This document shows, one piece after another, positions 21,671 through 32,791 of a DNA stretch of 34,338 nt. The translations under genes were made by a program, and so were the position numbers. The stretch is from Octopus bimaculoides (taxonomy: Eukaryota), in contig NC_068983.1 in assembly GCF_001194135.2 (NCBI RefSeq), forward strand, positions 96,068,630-96,102,967, read 5' to 3'. The number at the start of each line of letters is the position of its first letter. The stretch's first letter is position 1. The notes below the pieces were generated by a model. The model did no database searches, was not told the origin of the DNA, and was given only the letters and a program-made list of their open reading frames with translations.

Positions 21671-21737
<67 letters not shown>
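21580..21737. repeat. (CATA)n/(CA)n/(CG)/(TA)n compound microsatellite
   Basis: Direct reading. Confidence 0.95.
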
Positions 21738-23247
21738 NNNNNNNNNNGGGCTTAGAAAAACTGAAGGATCACTACATTAAGTGTGAATCTAAAGAGGAGA
21801 ATGTGTTGAGTAAAATCCTAATTAACTGATATTCCTGCATTTTCTTTTACGTAAAATTTAGGTATTTTTCAGTACCCAATAGTATATTAATATTTTTATT
21901 TGCATACTATCATATGAGAACCGACAAAAAAAAAGACAGCACTCCTGACTTTATCTTAAACGCTACCTCAAAACGCAGTTTAAGACCATACACAAGAAGC
22001 AGTAAACTTATTCCAAAAGTTACTTCAATGAAAAATCTTATTTGTTAATGTTTCAGCTGTTCTATCTGCAGATGTGAATGTCTGTGCAGTAGCCACTTAA
22101 CTATAGAAGTTGGATAAATGGTACTTTACGTTGATGACTGGACGATAATTGAGCCAAAACATGCAAATCAATGGGTTTATCAATGAATAGCATTTCATCA
22201 AACTTTGAATCGCACTTTAAAAACTATAAGCGGGATACTAAAATGAAACCTGAAATTCTATGTGTAACCGTAAAAGAGCAAGTTCGCGAGAATGGCATGT
22301 AACATATGTAACAAAGCTGCCAGGAAGCATGAAGTAGTAATTAATATCAGACAGACGCTGAGAATAGAAGAAAAATGGCTATAAAGGGCAGGTCCAATAG
22401 CGTATAGCTGTTCATTGCAGATGTTTTCTTAACACAGCATAACCAACCAAACTCAATCCAAAAGAAAAAAACTGTCAGATCATCGTAGTTAATGAAGCTG
22501 ATGCCTCCAAAGATTTTACCGTCAACAGCTTACATCAGAGGCGACAGGTTGCCATAGATTCAGTGTACTATAAGATGCACATAAGTTACGACCCATTCAT
22601 TGTTCTTGTGTCATTGATACACTCCACTGTTACAATCTCCGACAGATTTTGCCATTCTTAGTATTTATATACAACCATCCCAAACACCGAACACGTTTAT
22701 ATCACAACATCGCAGAAAACTATGATCACGTATATACGCCCCTATAAATGCAGAGAAACAAAATCACATACAAAATTAACAAATGTATGAAGAACTTAAT
22801 TAGTCCGAACTCTATAATCGGAAACATACCATTAAATGTGTAGAAGAGCAATTGATAGGATTCAGGAAGAACTTGGCAATGACAATGTATGAAGCCAACG
22901 AAGGAAACTACACGTTGTCGCTTGACTTAGCTTCAATTGCAGTCAAATCTCCCTCAAATCTAACCCTTAGAATTACAGAAAAAAAATACTTTGCACAATG
23001 TAGTCCTAGATATGCAAAAAGACGTATTGTTTTCCTGTTGGAAGGTCATCTATTGTAACTGTCGCCAATCAAAGATGGTGGGAATAAACTCCAGCAGCAG
23101 CGACTCTACCAACAACAGGATTATGACACACATTGGACCATACAGGAAATGTTAACTTTCCATATTACGCGTACCTTAAGATAAACCATTGCATGTCAGG
23201 AAGCTGATAGATAATCCGCTAATTGTATTCAATATTTGGAGCACTCG

Positions 23248-23307
23248 CTCTGTGGTTCCCTGTAGTGGTTAAACCGACTCTGTAGTTCCCTGTTGTGGTT
23301 AAACTCG
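23248..23307. repeat. 30-bp tandem duplication
   Basis: CTCTGTGGTTCCCTGTAGTGGTTAAAC versus CTCTGTAGTTCCCTGTTGTGGTTAAAC, 25 of the first 27 positions identical. Confidence 0.85.
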
Positions 23308-23651
23308 CTATAGCTTTATTTTATGAGCGATGACCAGGACAAATCAATAAACACGCGCGCGCGCACAACATACGCACACACATGAACACTCATACACACG
23401 CATAGGCTACGCTAAACATCGACCTGACGTGTCTCCAACCATGAGAAAACAGAATCAATGTTTTCGGATTTCAACAATACTGCAATCGACAACATGGGCA
23501 CCGTGTAGTACAAACACTGGAACAAATAATTATAGACGCATCCGCATCAAATAACTACACAAGGAAATGGCAACAAATAAATAAATACATATATAAATCA
23601 CAGAAACATGAAACTGGAAAACATAAAGAACACTACTATAATTAACAATAA

Positions 23652-23790
23652 TGAAAGCAGCCAACTGGCAGAATCCTTAACGCATCAGGCAAAATATTTA
23701 GCAACATTTCTTCTGGCTCTTTACGTTCTGAGTTCAAATTTGACTTTGCCTTTCGAGGGTCGATAAATTAATTACCGAGTGAACAGGCCC
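23652..23790 (+). mobile_element. SINE family A, degraded and internally deleted copy
   Basis: CTGGCAGAATCCTTAAC...TTTACGTTCTGAGTTCAAATT..GACTTTGCCTTTC..GGGTCGATAAAT. Confidence 0.8.
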
Positions 23791-23992
23791 TACAATTGCT
23801 TGCGTCATGTCATTATTAACAACAATAGCTAGACCACACACCATACCACAGTAACAATCTCAAATATTGCACTAACACTGCGGCATCGAGCAGGCGTCGT
23901 TAAAAGGCAAACACGAATCAAAGAAGATAGCAACACAAGAGAAAAGTTTACTCTCACGCTCTGACTTGACGAAATTAAGAAAGAAGAAGAAG

Positions 23993-24027
<35 letters not shown>

Positions 24028-24079
24028 GGCATAACAAGTGATTTGTAGACTAAAACAGAAGTAAGTTGTAATATAAAGT

Positions 24080-24272
24080 CTAAAATATAAAATATATAAA
24101 AATATAACATTATTTAAGATATGTAATTTTTAAAATATATATAATTTTAAAATATGTAATATAAAATGGAAAATTAATATATACAGGTAAAATATCTAAA
24201 AGATATTCGAAATATTCTTAAATATTAAATATCAAAAATAAATATTTGAAATATTTGAAACATATTTAAAAT
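24080..24272. repeat. Very AT-rich low-complexity tract (AAATAT-like units)
   Basis: Direct reading. Confidence 0.8.
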
Positions 24273-24451
24273 ACAGTTGAGAGATAGAGAAGGGAGGGAA
24301 AAATATAGGAGTGTAAAGTGGGGAATATAACAGGTGAGAGATAAAGAAAGAGGTAAGTGAACGATGAATAAATGGGAGTGAATAGAGAGTAATTGACGTT
24401 TAGCTATGCTGAGTGGATAGTGAGGAATCCACATATGTTAAATTTTGCTTC

Positions 24452-24626
24452 GAGATAAAAAAATCTAGTATCAATAACTTCGATATTACAATGGGCTCTT
24501 CGGATTCAGCACAAGTCACAGACCATACTGCTTTATTCCTCCTAAATAAATTACACAAACATTTTTCAAAACTAGGTGGAGGTATATAAAGAGACAATTG
24601 TTTGAGAACTATTAAAAATTCTTCAG
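24452..24626 (+). mobile_element. Short PLE RT fragment related to the element at 15620
   Basis: Manual translation gives NFDITMGSSDSAQVTDHTALFLLNKLHKHFSKLGGGI*RDNCL, against FNVTMGSSDSAQITDLVCIYILFEMAEQFPNINGDLYRDDCL in ORF 15653. Confidence 0.85.
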
Positions 24627-24636
24627 TTACCAACGT

Positions 24637-24682
24637 CAGTGGGACTGAACCTGGAATCATGTGATTGGGAAACAAACTACTA
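24637..24682 (-). mobile_element. SINE family B head fragment
   Basis: CAGTGGGACTGAACCTGGAATCATGTGATTGGGAAACAAACT. Confidence 0.7.
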
Positions 24683-25258
24683 TTTTTATTATTTTATTAT
24701 TTAAATTACTTCTCCACATGTTTTATTCTTACCATTATGGACTTTCCGATAAAGCTTTGGGCCTCAATTATTGTCCAACCTCTGTCCAATTTTTGTTCAA
24801 CCTGTGTAAAATCTCTGTATAGTATTGGTATGAGGTGTCAACTTTGACGGGATTGACCTCCAAAGTAGAAACAGATGTAAGATTATAGTATTATTCACTC
24901 ATTTATTCTAATTTATTTATACATATGATTGTAATTAATAAATAGATCCAATTGATGTTTGCAGGCTGATGTTTGTCGATTAATTATCTTCTCCATATTC
25001 TTCTTTGCCTTATAAATTCTGGGTAAATGTTTGTTTACCCTCACTAATACCTATTATTCAATTGTGCTATTGCCTTACAACAATAAGCATTTGGATATAA
25101 ATACATAGGTATATATCCAGTAGGCTATTGGATATTTATTATTCCTTGGATGGTTGTTTAACCTATAACTCATACAGCCATATANNNNNNNNNNNNNNNN
25201 NNNNNNNNNNNNNNNNNNNNNNNNNNNNNNNNNNNNNNNNNNNNNNNNNNNNNNNNNN

Positions 25259-25437
25259 TATATATACATATACATATATACATATGTATATATACATATA
25301 TACATATACATATATATATATATATATGTATATATATGTATGTATATGTATATATGTATATCTATCTATCTACCTATAGATAGACAGATAGATATACACA
25401 CATAGATAGATAGATACACACTCTCTCTCTCTCTCTA

Positions 25438-25468
<31 letters not shown>

Positions 25469-25480
25469 TTNNNNNNNNNN

Positions 25481-25525
<45 letters not shown>
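25259..25525. repeat. (TA)n/(TATACA)n/(GATA)n/(CT)n/(CA)n compound microsatellites
   Basis: Direct reading. Confidence 0.9.
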
Positions 25526-25526
<1 letters not shown>

Positions 25527-25679
25527 GAATGGCTCCTTTCAGTTTTAGTCAACCAAAACTACTCACTATATCCCGGTCTATAGCAGAAGACACTTGGCCA
25601 AGTTGCCACGCACGCAGTGGGACTGAACCTGGAACGATGTGTTTGGGAAACAAAATTCTTACCGCATAACAATGCCTGC
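25526..25679 (-). mobile_element. SINE family B 5' half
   Basis: CTTTCAGTTT...CTATAGCAGAAGACACTTGGCCAAG...GCAGTGGGACTGAACCTGGAAC...CTTACC...GCCTGC. Confidence 0.8.
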
Positions 25680-26085
25680 TAAAATAAAATACCGATGTCA
25701 TCATTAGCTTATTAACCGTTTCCATGTCGAACAAAGCATTATGGGAAACATCCTCTGTCCAGCTGAATGGCGATTTATTCTAATTCAAGTCTTTCTCTTC
25801 TCTTCTCTGACGATAAGATGTGATATAATGGTATGCGTAGGATTTGACTGCTAATTCTTGCAGATCAAACGATTACTTAAACATCCTTTTGTCGGCTAAT
25901 TTATTATGTAGCTGTAGTGGTTGTGGTGAAGGGTGGGGGTGAGATGGGGGTAATTGGTAGAAGGAAAAAATGACGTGGAAGCCAGACTAATGATCGTTTC
26001 ATAATCATCATGAAATGATTAACAAATAGGTGTGGGCGTGAGGGAGACAGTAGCAAAGAGGATAAAAGAAAGATTAGTTGGCGTA

Positions 26086-26087
<2 letters not shown>

Positions 26088-26122
<35 letters not shown>

Positions 26123-26132
26123 NNNNNNNNNN

Positions 26133-26168
<36 letters not shown>

Positions 26169-26547
26169 AAGAGAGAGAGATATGGAGAAGGAGAGAGAGT
26201 GTGTGTATGTGGGTGTGTGCGTGTGTGTGTATGTACGGGATATGTGATAAATAGAATAAAGCTATTGACTATGATGATATGAGAGATTTTATTGAAGAAG
26301 AATTAGGCGAGAGGAAGTGAAGGAAATAGAAAGAAAGAGAGAGAAGGAGCGAGAGTGAGAGAGATAAGGCAAGAAAGACATATATAGAGAGATGAGAGGG
26401 AGAGAGAGACGGAGACATAAGCAAGAAGACAGAGAGTTAGTGAAGCCGTCGGAAAGAAAGGGACGGAGCGAAACGTGTAGATAAAATAGGAAGAGAAAGA
26501 TAGTCTGGTCTAAAGTGAGTGAACTACAGGGTGAAGGGAGCAGATCA

Positions 26548-26625
<78 letters not shown>

Positions 26626-26632
26626 CGAGAGC

Positions 26633-26665
<33 letters not shown>

Positions 26666-27019
26666 TCAGAGAGGCGCACACAGACGGAGAAAGAGAGAGA
26701 GGAGGTAATAAAGAAGGAGAGAATGAGAGGGGAGAAAGAGAAATTGAAAGTAGAGATGTTTTATTGCGAGTTCAATAATGAATACACTGGGAGATCATAT
26801 ATTTCATTGCATACAAACATTCATTCATACATACATGCATGCGTACATTCATTCCTACATACATGCTACATGACTACATACATGCTACATATATGCATAC
26901 ATATATACATACATATATACATACATATATTTATATTTATATAGTCGTGTTCGTCTTGATGTATATGTATATGCGTGTATTTGTGTGTGCATGTACATGC
27001 ACAGACACACACAAACACA

Positions 27020-27078
<59 letters not shown>

Positions 27079-27138
27079 NNNNNNNNNNNNNNNNNNNNNN
27101 NNNNNNNTGTGTGTGTGTGTGTGTGTGTGCGTGCGTGC

Positions 27139-27197
<59 letters not shown>

Positions 27198-27493
27198 TGC
27201 ATGTATGTATGTATGCATGTATGTGTGTGAGACTATAAGTTATGTGACCATAGATTACGAGCCCGTGACGTAGTAAGCTGCTCAAATTGTAGGAGGTTTA
27301 CTGTGTGTGTATGTGTGTGCGCGCGCGCGCGCTTATAAGTACATGTGCGGGGGTAGAGATAAGCGAAAGCTATAGGAACGGAAGCGGGTGTGTAACGGTA
27401 AAGTTGGGGCTGGTGATAATACAATAATATGAAGATGCCCGTTTGAATGGTATTCATAAACGACCTGGCAAATGATTTAAAATGTGATCTATG

Positions 27494-27565
<72 letters not shown>

Positions 27566-27636
27566 NNNNNNNNNNNNNNNNNNNNNNNNNNNNNNNNNNN
27601 NNNNNNNNNNNNNNNNNNNNNNNNNNNNNNNNNNNN

Positions 27637-27694
<58 letters not shown>

Positions 27695-27760
27695 AATAGA
27701 GTAAAATAAGAATGAGATTATGGTGTGGAGTTGGCACGACGGGAGATATATAGAAGCGTG
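26088..27760. repeat. Field of (GA)n, (TA)n, (TG)n and (CATA)n microsatellites and purine-rich low complexity with several small gaps
   Basis: Direct reading. It is the source of the ERERE, SLSLS, IYIY and CVCV ORFs. Confidence 0.9.
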
Positions 27761-28004
27761 TGGTGGATGTTTAAAGCTGCGTGGGAGAATATTTTTAAGC
27801 AGCATATACGTGAAATGTGATTGGCTCATCCTGTTTTGCAATTGCTCATATGCATGCATGTGTGTATATGCACATGCGCACATGTAATGTACATAATTTA
27901 CATACTATGTTTCTGTAGATATGTATGTGTCTATATGTGTGCGTGTGTATGCGCATGTGTAGCTGTGTGTGTATTCGTCAATATATATTTTGTGTATGTG
28001 TGCC

Positions 28005-28322
28005 TTTTACTCGTCTCAGTCATTGGACAGCAGCCATGCTGGGGCAGTCGCCTTGAAGGGTTTTAGTCAAACGAATAAACTGCAGTACTTATTTTGTCTC
28101 CTTTGTCTGCTACTTACTCTGTCTCTTTTTATATTGAGACCATGATGAGGCATCGAACGAATCGATCCCAAATAATACTTAATTGTCACTTTTTACTTAA
28201 AGTCTGGCATTCATCCTTTCGGTGTCTGTCGCTGTACGGCTAAGTTATAGGGGCGCAAACAAACCAATACCAGTTGTCAAGCGGGACAAACACAAACATT
28301 CACATACTATATATATATATAT
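28005..28322 (-). mobile_element. SINE family B 3' half, running into the internal (TA)n and a gap
   Basis: The tail complement TTTTACTCGTCTCAGTCATT..GCCATGCTGGGGCA..GCCTTGAAG is followed by GCTAAGTTATAGGGGCGCAAACAAACCAA...GGGACAAACACAAACA. This is the reverse complement of the 31363-31440 segment. Confidence 0.8.
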
Positions 28323-29300
28323 NNNNNNNNNNNNNNNNNNNNNNNNNNNNNNNNNNNNNNNNNNNNNNNNNNNNNNNNNNNNNNNNNNNNNNNNNNNNNN
28401 NNNNNNNNNNNNNNNNNNNNNNNNNNNNNNNNNNNNNNNNNNNNNNNNNNNNNNNNNNNNNNNNNNNNNNNNNNNNNNNNNNNNNNNNNNNNNNNNNNNN
28501 NNNNNNNNNNNNNNNNNNNNNNNNNNNNNNNNNNNNNNNNNNNNNNNNNNNNNNNNNNNNNNNNNNNNNNNNNNNNNNNNNNNNNNNNNNNNNNNNNNNN
28601 NNNNNNNNNNNNNNNNNNNNNNNNNNNNNNNNNNNNNNNNNNNNNNNNNNNNNNNNNNNNNNNNNNNNNNNNNNNNNNNNNNNNNNNNNNNNNNNNNNNN
28701 NNNNNNNNNNNNNNNNNNNNNNNNNNNNNNNNNNNNNNNNNNNNNNNNNNNNNNNNNNNNNNNNNNNNNNNNNNNNNNNNNNNNNNNNNNNNNNNNNNNN
28801 NNNNNNNNNNNNNNNNNNNNNNNNNNNNNNNNNNNNNNNNNNNNNNNNNNNNNNNNNNNNNNNNNNNNNNNNNNNNNNNNNNNNNNNNNNNNNNNNNNNN
28901 NNNNNNNNNNNNNNNNNNNNNNNNNNNNNNNNNNNNNNNNNNNNNNNNNNNNNNNNNNNNNNNNNNNNNNNNNNNNNNNNNNNNNNNNNNNNNNNNNNNN
29001 NNNNNNNNNNNNNNNNNNNNNNNNNNNNNNNNNNNNNNNNNNNNNNNNNNNNNNNNNNNNNNNNNNNNNNNNNNNNNNNNNNNNNNNNNNNNNNNNNNNN
29101 NNNNNNNNNNNNNNNNNNNNNNNNNNNNNNNNNNNNNNNNNNNNNNNNNNNNNNNNNNNNNNNNNNNNNNNNNNNNNNNNNNNNNNNNNNNNNNNNNNNN
29201 NNNNNNNNNNNNNNNNNNNNNNNNNNNNNNNNNNNNNNNNNNNNNNNNNNNNNNNNNNNNNNNNNNNNNNNNNNNNNNNNNNNNNNNNNNNNNNNNNNNN

Positions 29301-29849
29301 GTGTGTTGGTGTCGTGGTGTTTGGGTGTGGGGGAAGCAAGGGTGGGGTTTAAGAGATAGAGATGGTGGGTTAGAATGTGTAGGGTGGGGTAACGAGAGAG
29401 GGGTAACGATGAAGGGAGAGGGTGGAAGGGAAAAGGTGGGTAGGAGTGAAGAGAGGAAATAGGTGCCAGAGCAAGTGAGGAGAGGTGGGTGGGAGGAAGT
29501 AGGTGTGGAAGAGGAAGAAAGGAGAGAGGAGGAGGGTTAGATGAAGAGGGGAGGAGACTTGAGCCCATGTGGCGCAAAGGAGCGAAGAGAGAAGATTAAT
29601 CTCTGCTCACTACGAAGGCGGGAGTCCGGATGGCCCCTGTTCAAGGACAATCTAAACACAGACAGGCGTTGTAAAGTGTGACCAGTAGAGCGGAAATAGC
29701 GCGAGACCGGGGTGTCGTTGCCGGATCGGATGTCTCGGAGGTGTTCCGCGAACCGGGCAGCCAAGTGGCGTCCCGTTTGACTGATGTATAGAGGACAGAG
29801 AGAGTTGGAGATGCAGTAGATGACGTTGCTAGCAGTGCAGGTCAAGGAG
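29301..29849 (-). mobile_element. Penelope-like element (Neptune-like) GIY-YIG C-terminus plus pyrimidine-rich 3' region
   Basis: ORF 29537-29845 reads TCTASNVIYCIS.SLC.LYISQTGRHLAARFAEHLRDIR...PVSRYF...GH...RLRSEQRLIFSL...APHGL. It is followed on the minus strand by a C/T-rich tract. The 5' side is lost in gap 29850-30177. Confidence 0.88.
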
Positions 29850-30934
29850 NNNNNNNNNNNNNNNNNNNNNNNNNNNNNNNNNNNNNNNNNNNNNNNNNNN
29901 NNNNNNNNNNNNNNNNNNNNNNNNNNNNNNNNNNNNNNNNNNNNNNNNNNNNNNNNNNNNNNNNNNNNNNNNNNNNNNNNNNNNNNNNNNNNNNNNNNNN
30001 NNNNNNNNNNNNNNNNNNNNNNNNNNNNNNNNNNNNNNNNNNNNNNNNNNNNNNNNNNNNNNNNNNNNNNNNNNNNNNNNNNNNNNNNNNNNNNNNNNNN
30101 NNNNNNNNNNNNNNNNNNNNNNNNNNNNNNNNNNNNNNNNNNNNNNNNNNNNNNNNNNNNNNNNNNNNNNNNNNNNNATTTATCAGAATATTTGGACTGA
30201 AGATTGGAATAGTGAAATTTTCATTCGCTTAACCATGAAACGATTCGTATCCAATTAACTAAAGACTTGTTTTGTTTACGCTTTTCCCTCCGGTTTTTTG
30301 TTCTATGTGTGCCATAAATATCGCCATCCGTTTAGAGAAAAATTTGTAGTTTAGAATCAGTAGTTCTTTGACTGCTATTTCTAAATTTTCAGTATGTTGG
30401 AGAAGCAACTCAATGCTAATCCCTGTATATTTATGATGATAAATGGTTTTACCGATAAAGGTTTTTTTCATACTGAACTACTTGGCAAAATTGTTAATTA
30501 TTAATTCTATTATTACGGAAAACAGGTCATGTAAACACAGAGAAACGACCATTTGTCAGTTGTTGGCTGTCTATCTACTCCTCATTTCGAGCATTCATCG
30601 ACAATATGAGTCTTCAAAGACAGTAGCTCCCATAAATTCCAAAATAAAATTTTGGATTTATGGAGAGGCAAAGTTAGGAACAAAACAGGACAGTAGAGAC
30701 ATACAAGGAACCGAACGAAAACAAACAGGGAGAGTCGTTAGACCAGAACGAGGGGGAAAATAGTGAACGCTGGAAGAAATATTTTCTTTGAAAAGAGAAA
30801 AGATAGAAGAGAGAGAGGAGAAAAACATCCAGTTCTTTGAACGTCCGTGCAGGAAACAAAAGATAGTCACGTGAGGAAAAGAATGATGGACGATGGTCAC
30901 GTGTGAGCAACGAGAAATAGAAAAAGAGAAAGAG

Positions 30935-31030
30935 GGGAGAGAGAGACATATAGAACATGGTGAATGAGGGAGGGGAGAAAAAGGGGAGAGAAAGACATAT
31001 AGAACATGGTGAATGAGGGAGGGAAGTAAA
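30935..31030. repeat. 49-bp period tandem duplication in a purine-rich tract
   Basis: AGACATATAGAACATGGTGAATGAGGGAGGG starts at both 30944 and 30993. Confidence 0.9.
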
Positions 31031-31163
31031 AGGGAATTAGAGAAGGATGGAGGAAGAAAACAGTATAGAGTAGAGTCGTATAAAAAAAGGTGAAGATAAA
31101 CTCACCCGGAAATGGATGCCTGGCATTCAAATAAATAAAAATAATAAATAATATATATACCGA

Positions 31164-31319
31164 CGCAGGAGTGGCTGTGTGGTAAGTAGCTTGTTTACCA
31201 ACCACGTTGTTCCGGGTTCAGTCCCACTGCGTGGTACCTTGAGCAAGTGTCTTCTACTATATCCTCGGGCCGATCAAAGCCTTGTGAGTGGTAGACAGAA
31301 ATTGAAAAAAGCCCGTTAT

Positions 31320-31366
<47 letters not shown>

Positions 31367-31568
31367 TGTATGTCTGTGTTTGTCCCCCAACATCTCTTGA
31401 CAGCCAATGTTGGTGTGTTTACGTCCCCGTAACTTAGCAAAAGAGACCGATAGAATAAGAACTAGGCTTACAAAGAATAAATCCTCCATTTGCTCGACTA
31501 AAGGCGGTGCTCTAGCATGGCCGCAGTGAAATGACTGAAAGAAATAAAAGAATAAAAGAATAAAGAAT
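31164..31568 (+). mobile_element. Complete SINE family B: head/CORE-like half, internal (TA)n, 3' half and (ATAAAAGA)n tail
   Basis: Gap-free sequence: GCAGGAGTGGCTGTGTGGTAAG...GGTTCAGTCCC...CCTTGAGCAAGTGTCTT...GCCCGTT, then (TA)n at about 31322-31362, then TGTTTGTCCCC...AAGGCGGTGCTCTAGCATGGCCGCAG..ATGACTGAAA..TAAAAGAATAAAAGAA. Confidence 0.88.
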
Positions 31569-31694
31569 GCACATATATATATGTATGTATGCATGTACAT
31601 ACATACATACATGCATGCATACATACATACATATATGTATACATATATATATGTGTATTCTTTATTCATTTATTCTTTTATTTGTTTCAGAATA

Positions 31695-32335
31695 CAGGGT
31701 GTCTCGAAATTAAGGCAACCGAAGTTTCGGGGTTTAATAACTATTAATAAATGTGATAAAATATGAAAATTATATATCATTATACAAGCTTAGCGTGTCT
31801 TCTTTTTGTTTCAGACTAAATAAATTCAGATTTATAAATTGGATAATGCTCATAAACCGAGATACAATCATAACTCTCCACAAAGGAGGCGAAAATGATA
31901 CAGCTGTAGCAAAAAGGCTTAAAATTAACTGAGCCACAGTCAGGAGAATTGTCAAGAAATTTCAAGAGACTGGTTTCACCGCTGATTGACCTGGACGTGG
32001 CCAAAAAAGAAGCGTGCACACGCCTCAGCTTATCAAAGGTATCAGAGAAAAGATATGGTGAAATCCTTGTCGTTCCGTCAGAAAACTGGCTGCCACAGCA
32101 AAAGTAAGCCGAATATCGATGTATCGAGTGCTGAAGGAGGACTTCGGGACCCACCCCTACAAGATGATGCACCTCTATGAACTCACGCAAGTTTATAAGG
32201 CCATAGGACTGGACAGAAGTCAGATTATACTGCACAAGATTGCTGAAGGTGCGCTGTCCAACTTGGTGTTTAGTGATGAAAAGAAATTTGACATCGAATA
32301 GAGAGTAAACAACCAGAGTGACCGACAATTTGAAT
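31695..32335 (+). mobile_element. IS630-Tc1-mariner relic, maT/DD37D-like, with left end
   Basis: TA at 31693-31694 is followed by CAGGGTGTC, a TIR-like start. The decayed frame from ATG 31846 reads RDTIITLHKGGE...ATVRRIVKKFQETG...PGRG...RSVRKLA...SMYRVLKEDFGTHPYK...LVFSDEKKFDIE..VNNQSDR. The 3' half is missing, so the D-D spacing cannot be checked. Confidence 0.82.
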
Positions 32336-32475
32336 GGTTTAACATAGTCACAATTCCACAGAGAAAACGGTTTCTTTGCAATGATGTGTTTTCACACATC
32401 AATTAAAGGAGTCGCTTGAAACGACCGTAATGAATTGACACCTCTGCCTCTTTGTTACTCATCTATACTTTATAT

Positions 32476-32630
32476 GAGTGGTTATGTGATAAGAAGCTTG
32501 CTTCCTACCATATGGTTCCAGGTTCAATCTTACTGCGTGGCACTTTGGGCAAGTGTCTTCTACGATAACCTCGGGCCGACCAAAGCATCGTAAGTGGATT
32601 TGGTAGACGGAAACTGAAAGAAGCACATCT
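32476..32630 (+). mobile_element. SINE family B 5' half, ending in (TA)n
   Basis: GAGTGGTTATGTGATAAG...CTTTGGGCAAGTGTCTTCTAC...CTCGGGCCGACCAAAGC...GGTAGACGGAAACTGAAAGAAGC. Confidence 0.88.
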
Positions 32631-32666
<36 letters not shown>

Positions 32667-32680
32667 CNNNNNNNNNNNNN

Positions 32681-32716
<36 letters not shown>

Positions 32717-32718
32717 CT

Positions 32719-32791
32719 CGACGCTGTTTCCCTCTACCAAATTCACTTTCAAGGAGCTGGTCGGCTCGGGTTGAAGACAGTTGGCATAGGT
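32719..32791 (-). mobile_element. SINE family B remnant, inverted relative to the copy at 32476
   Basis: TTTCCCTCTACCAAATTCAC...CAAGG...TGGTCGGCTCG...GAAGACA resembles the reverse complement of the family B 5'-half end. Confidence 0.6.

Noticed and set aside
27295-27335. (TG)n(CG)n run as a Z-DNA regulatory element (similar runs at 18180-18215 and 23350-23370)
   Set aside because: Such runs are expected variants of the abundant (CA)n tracts here, and nothing indicates function.
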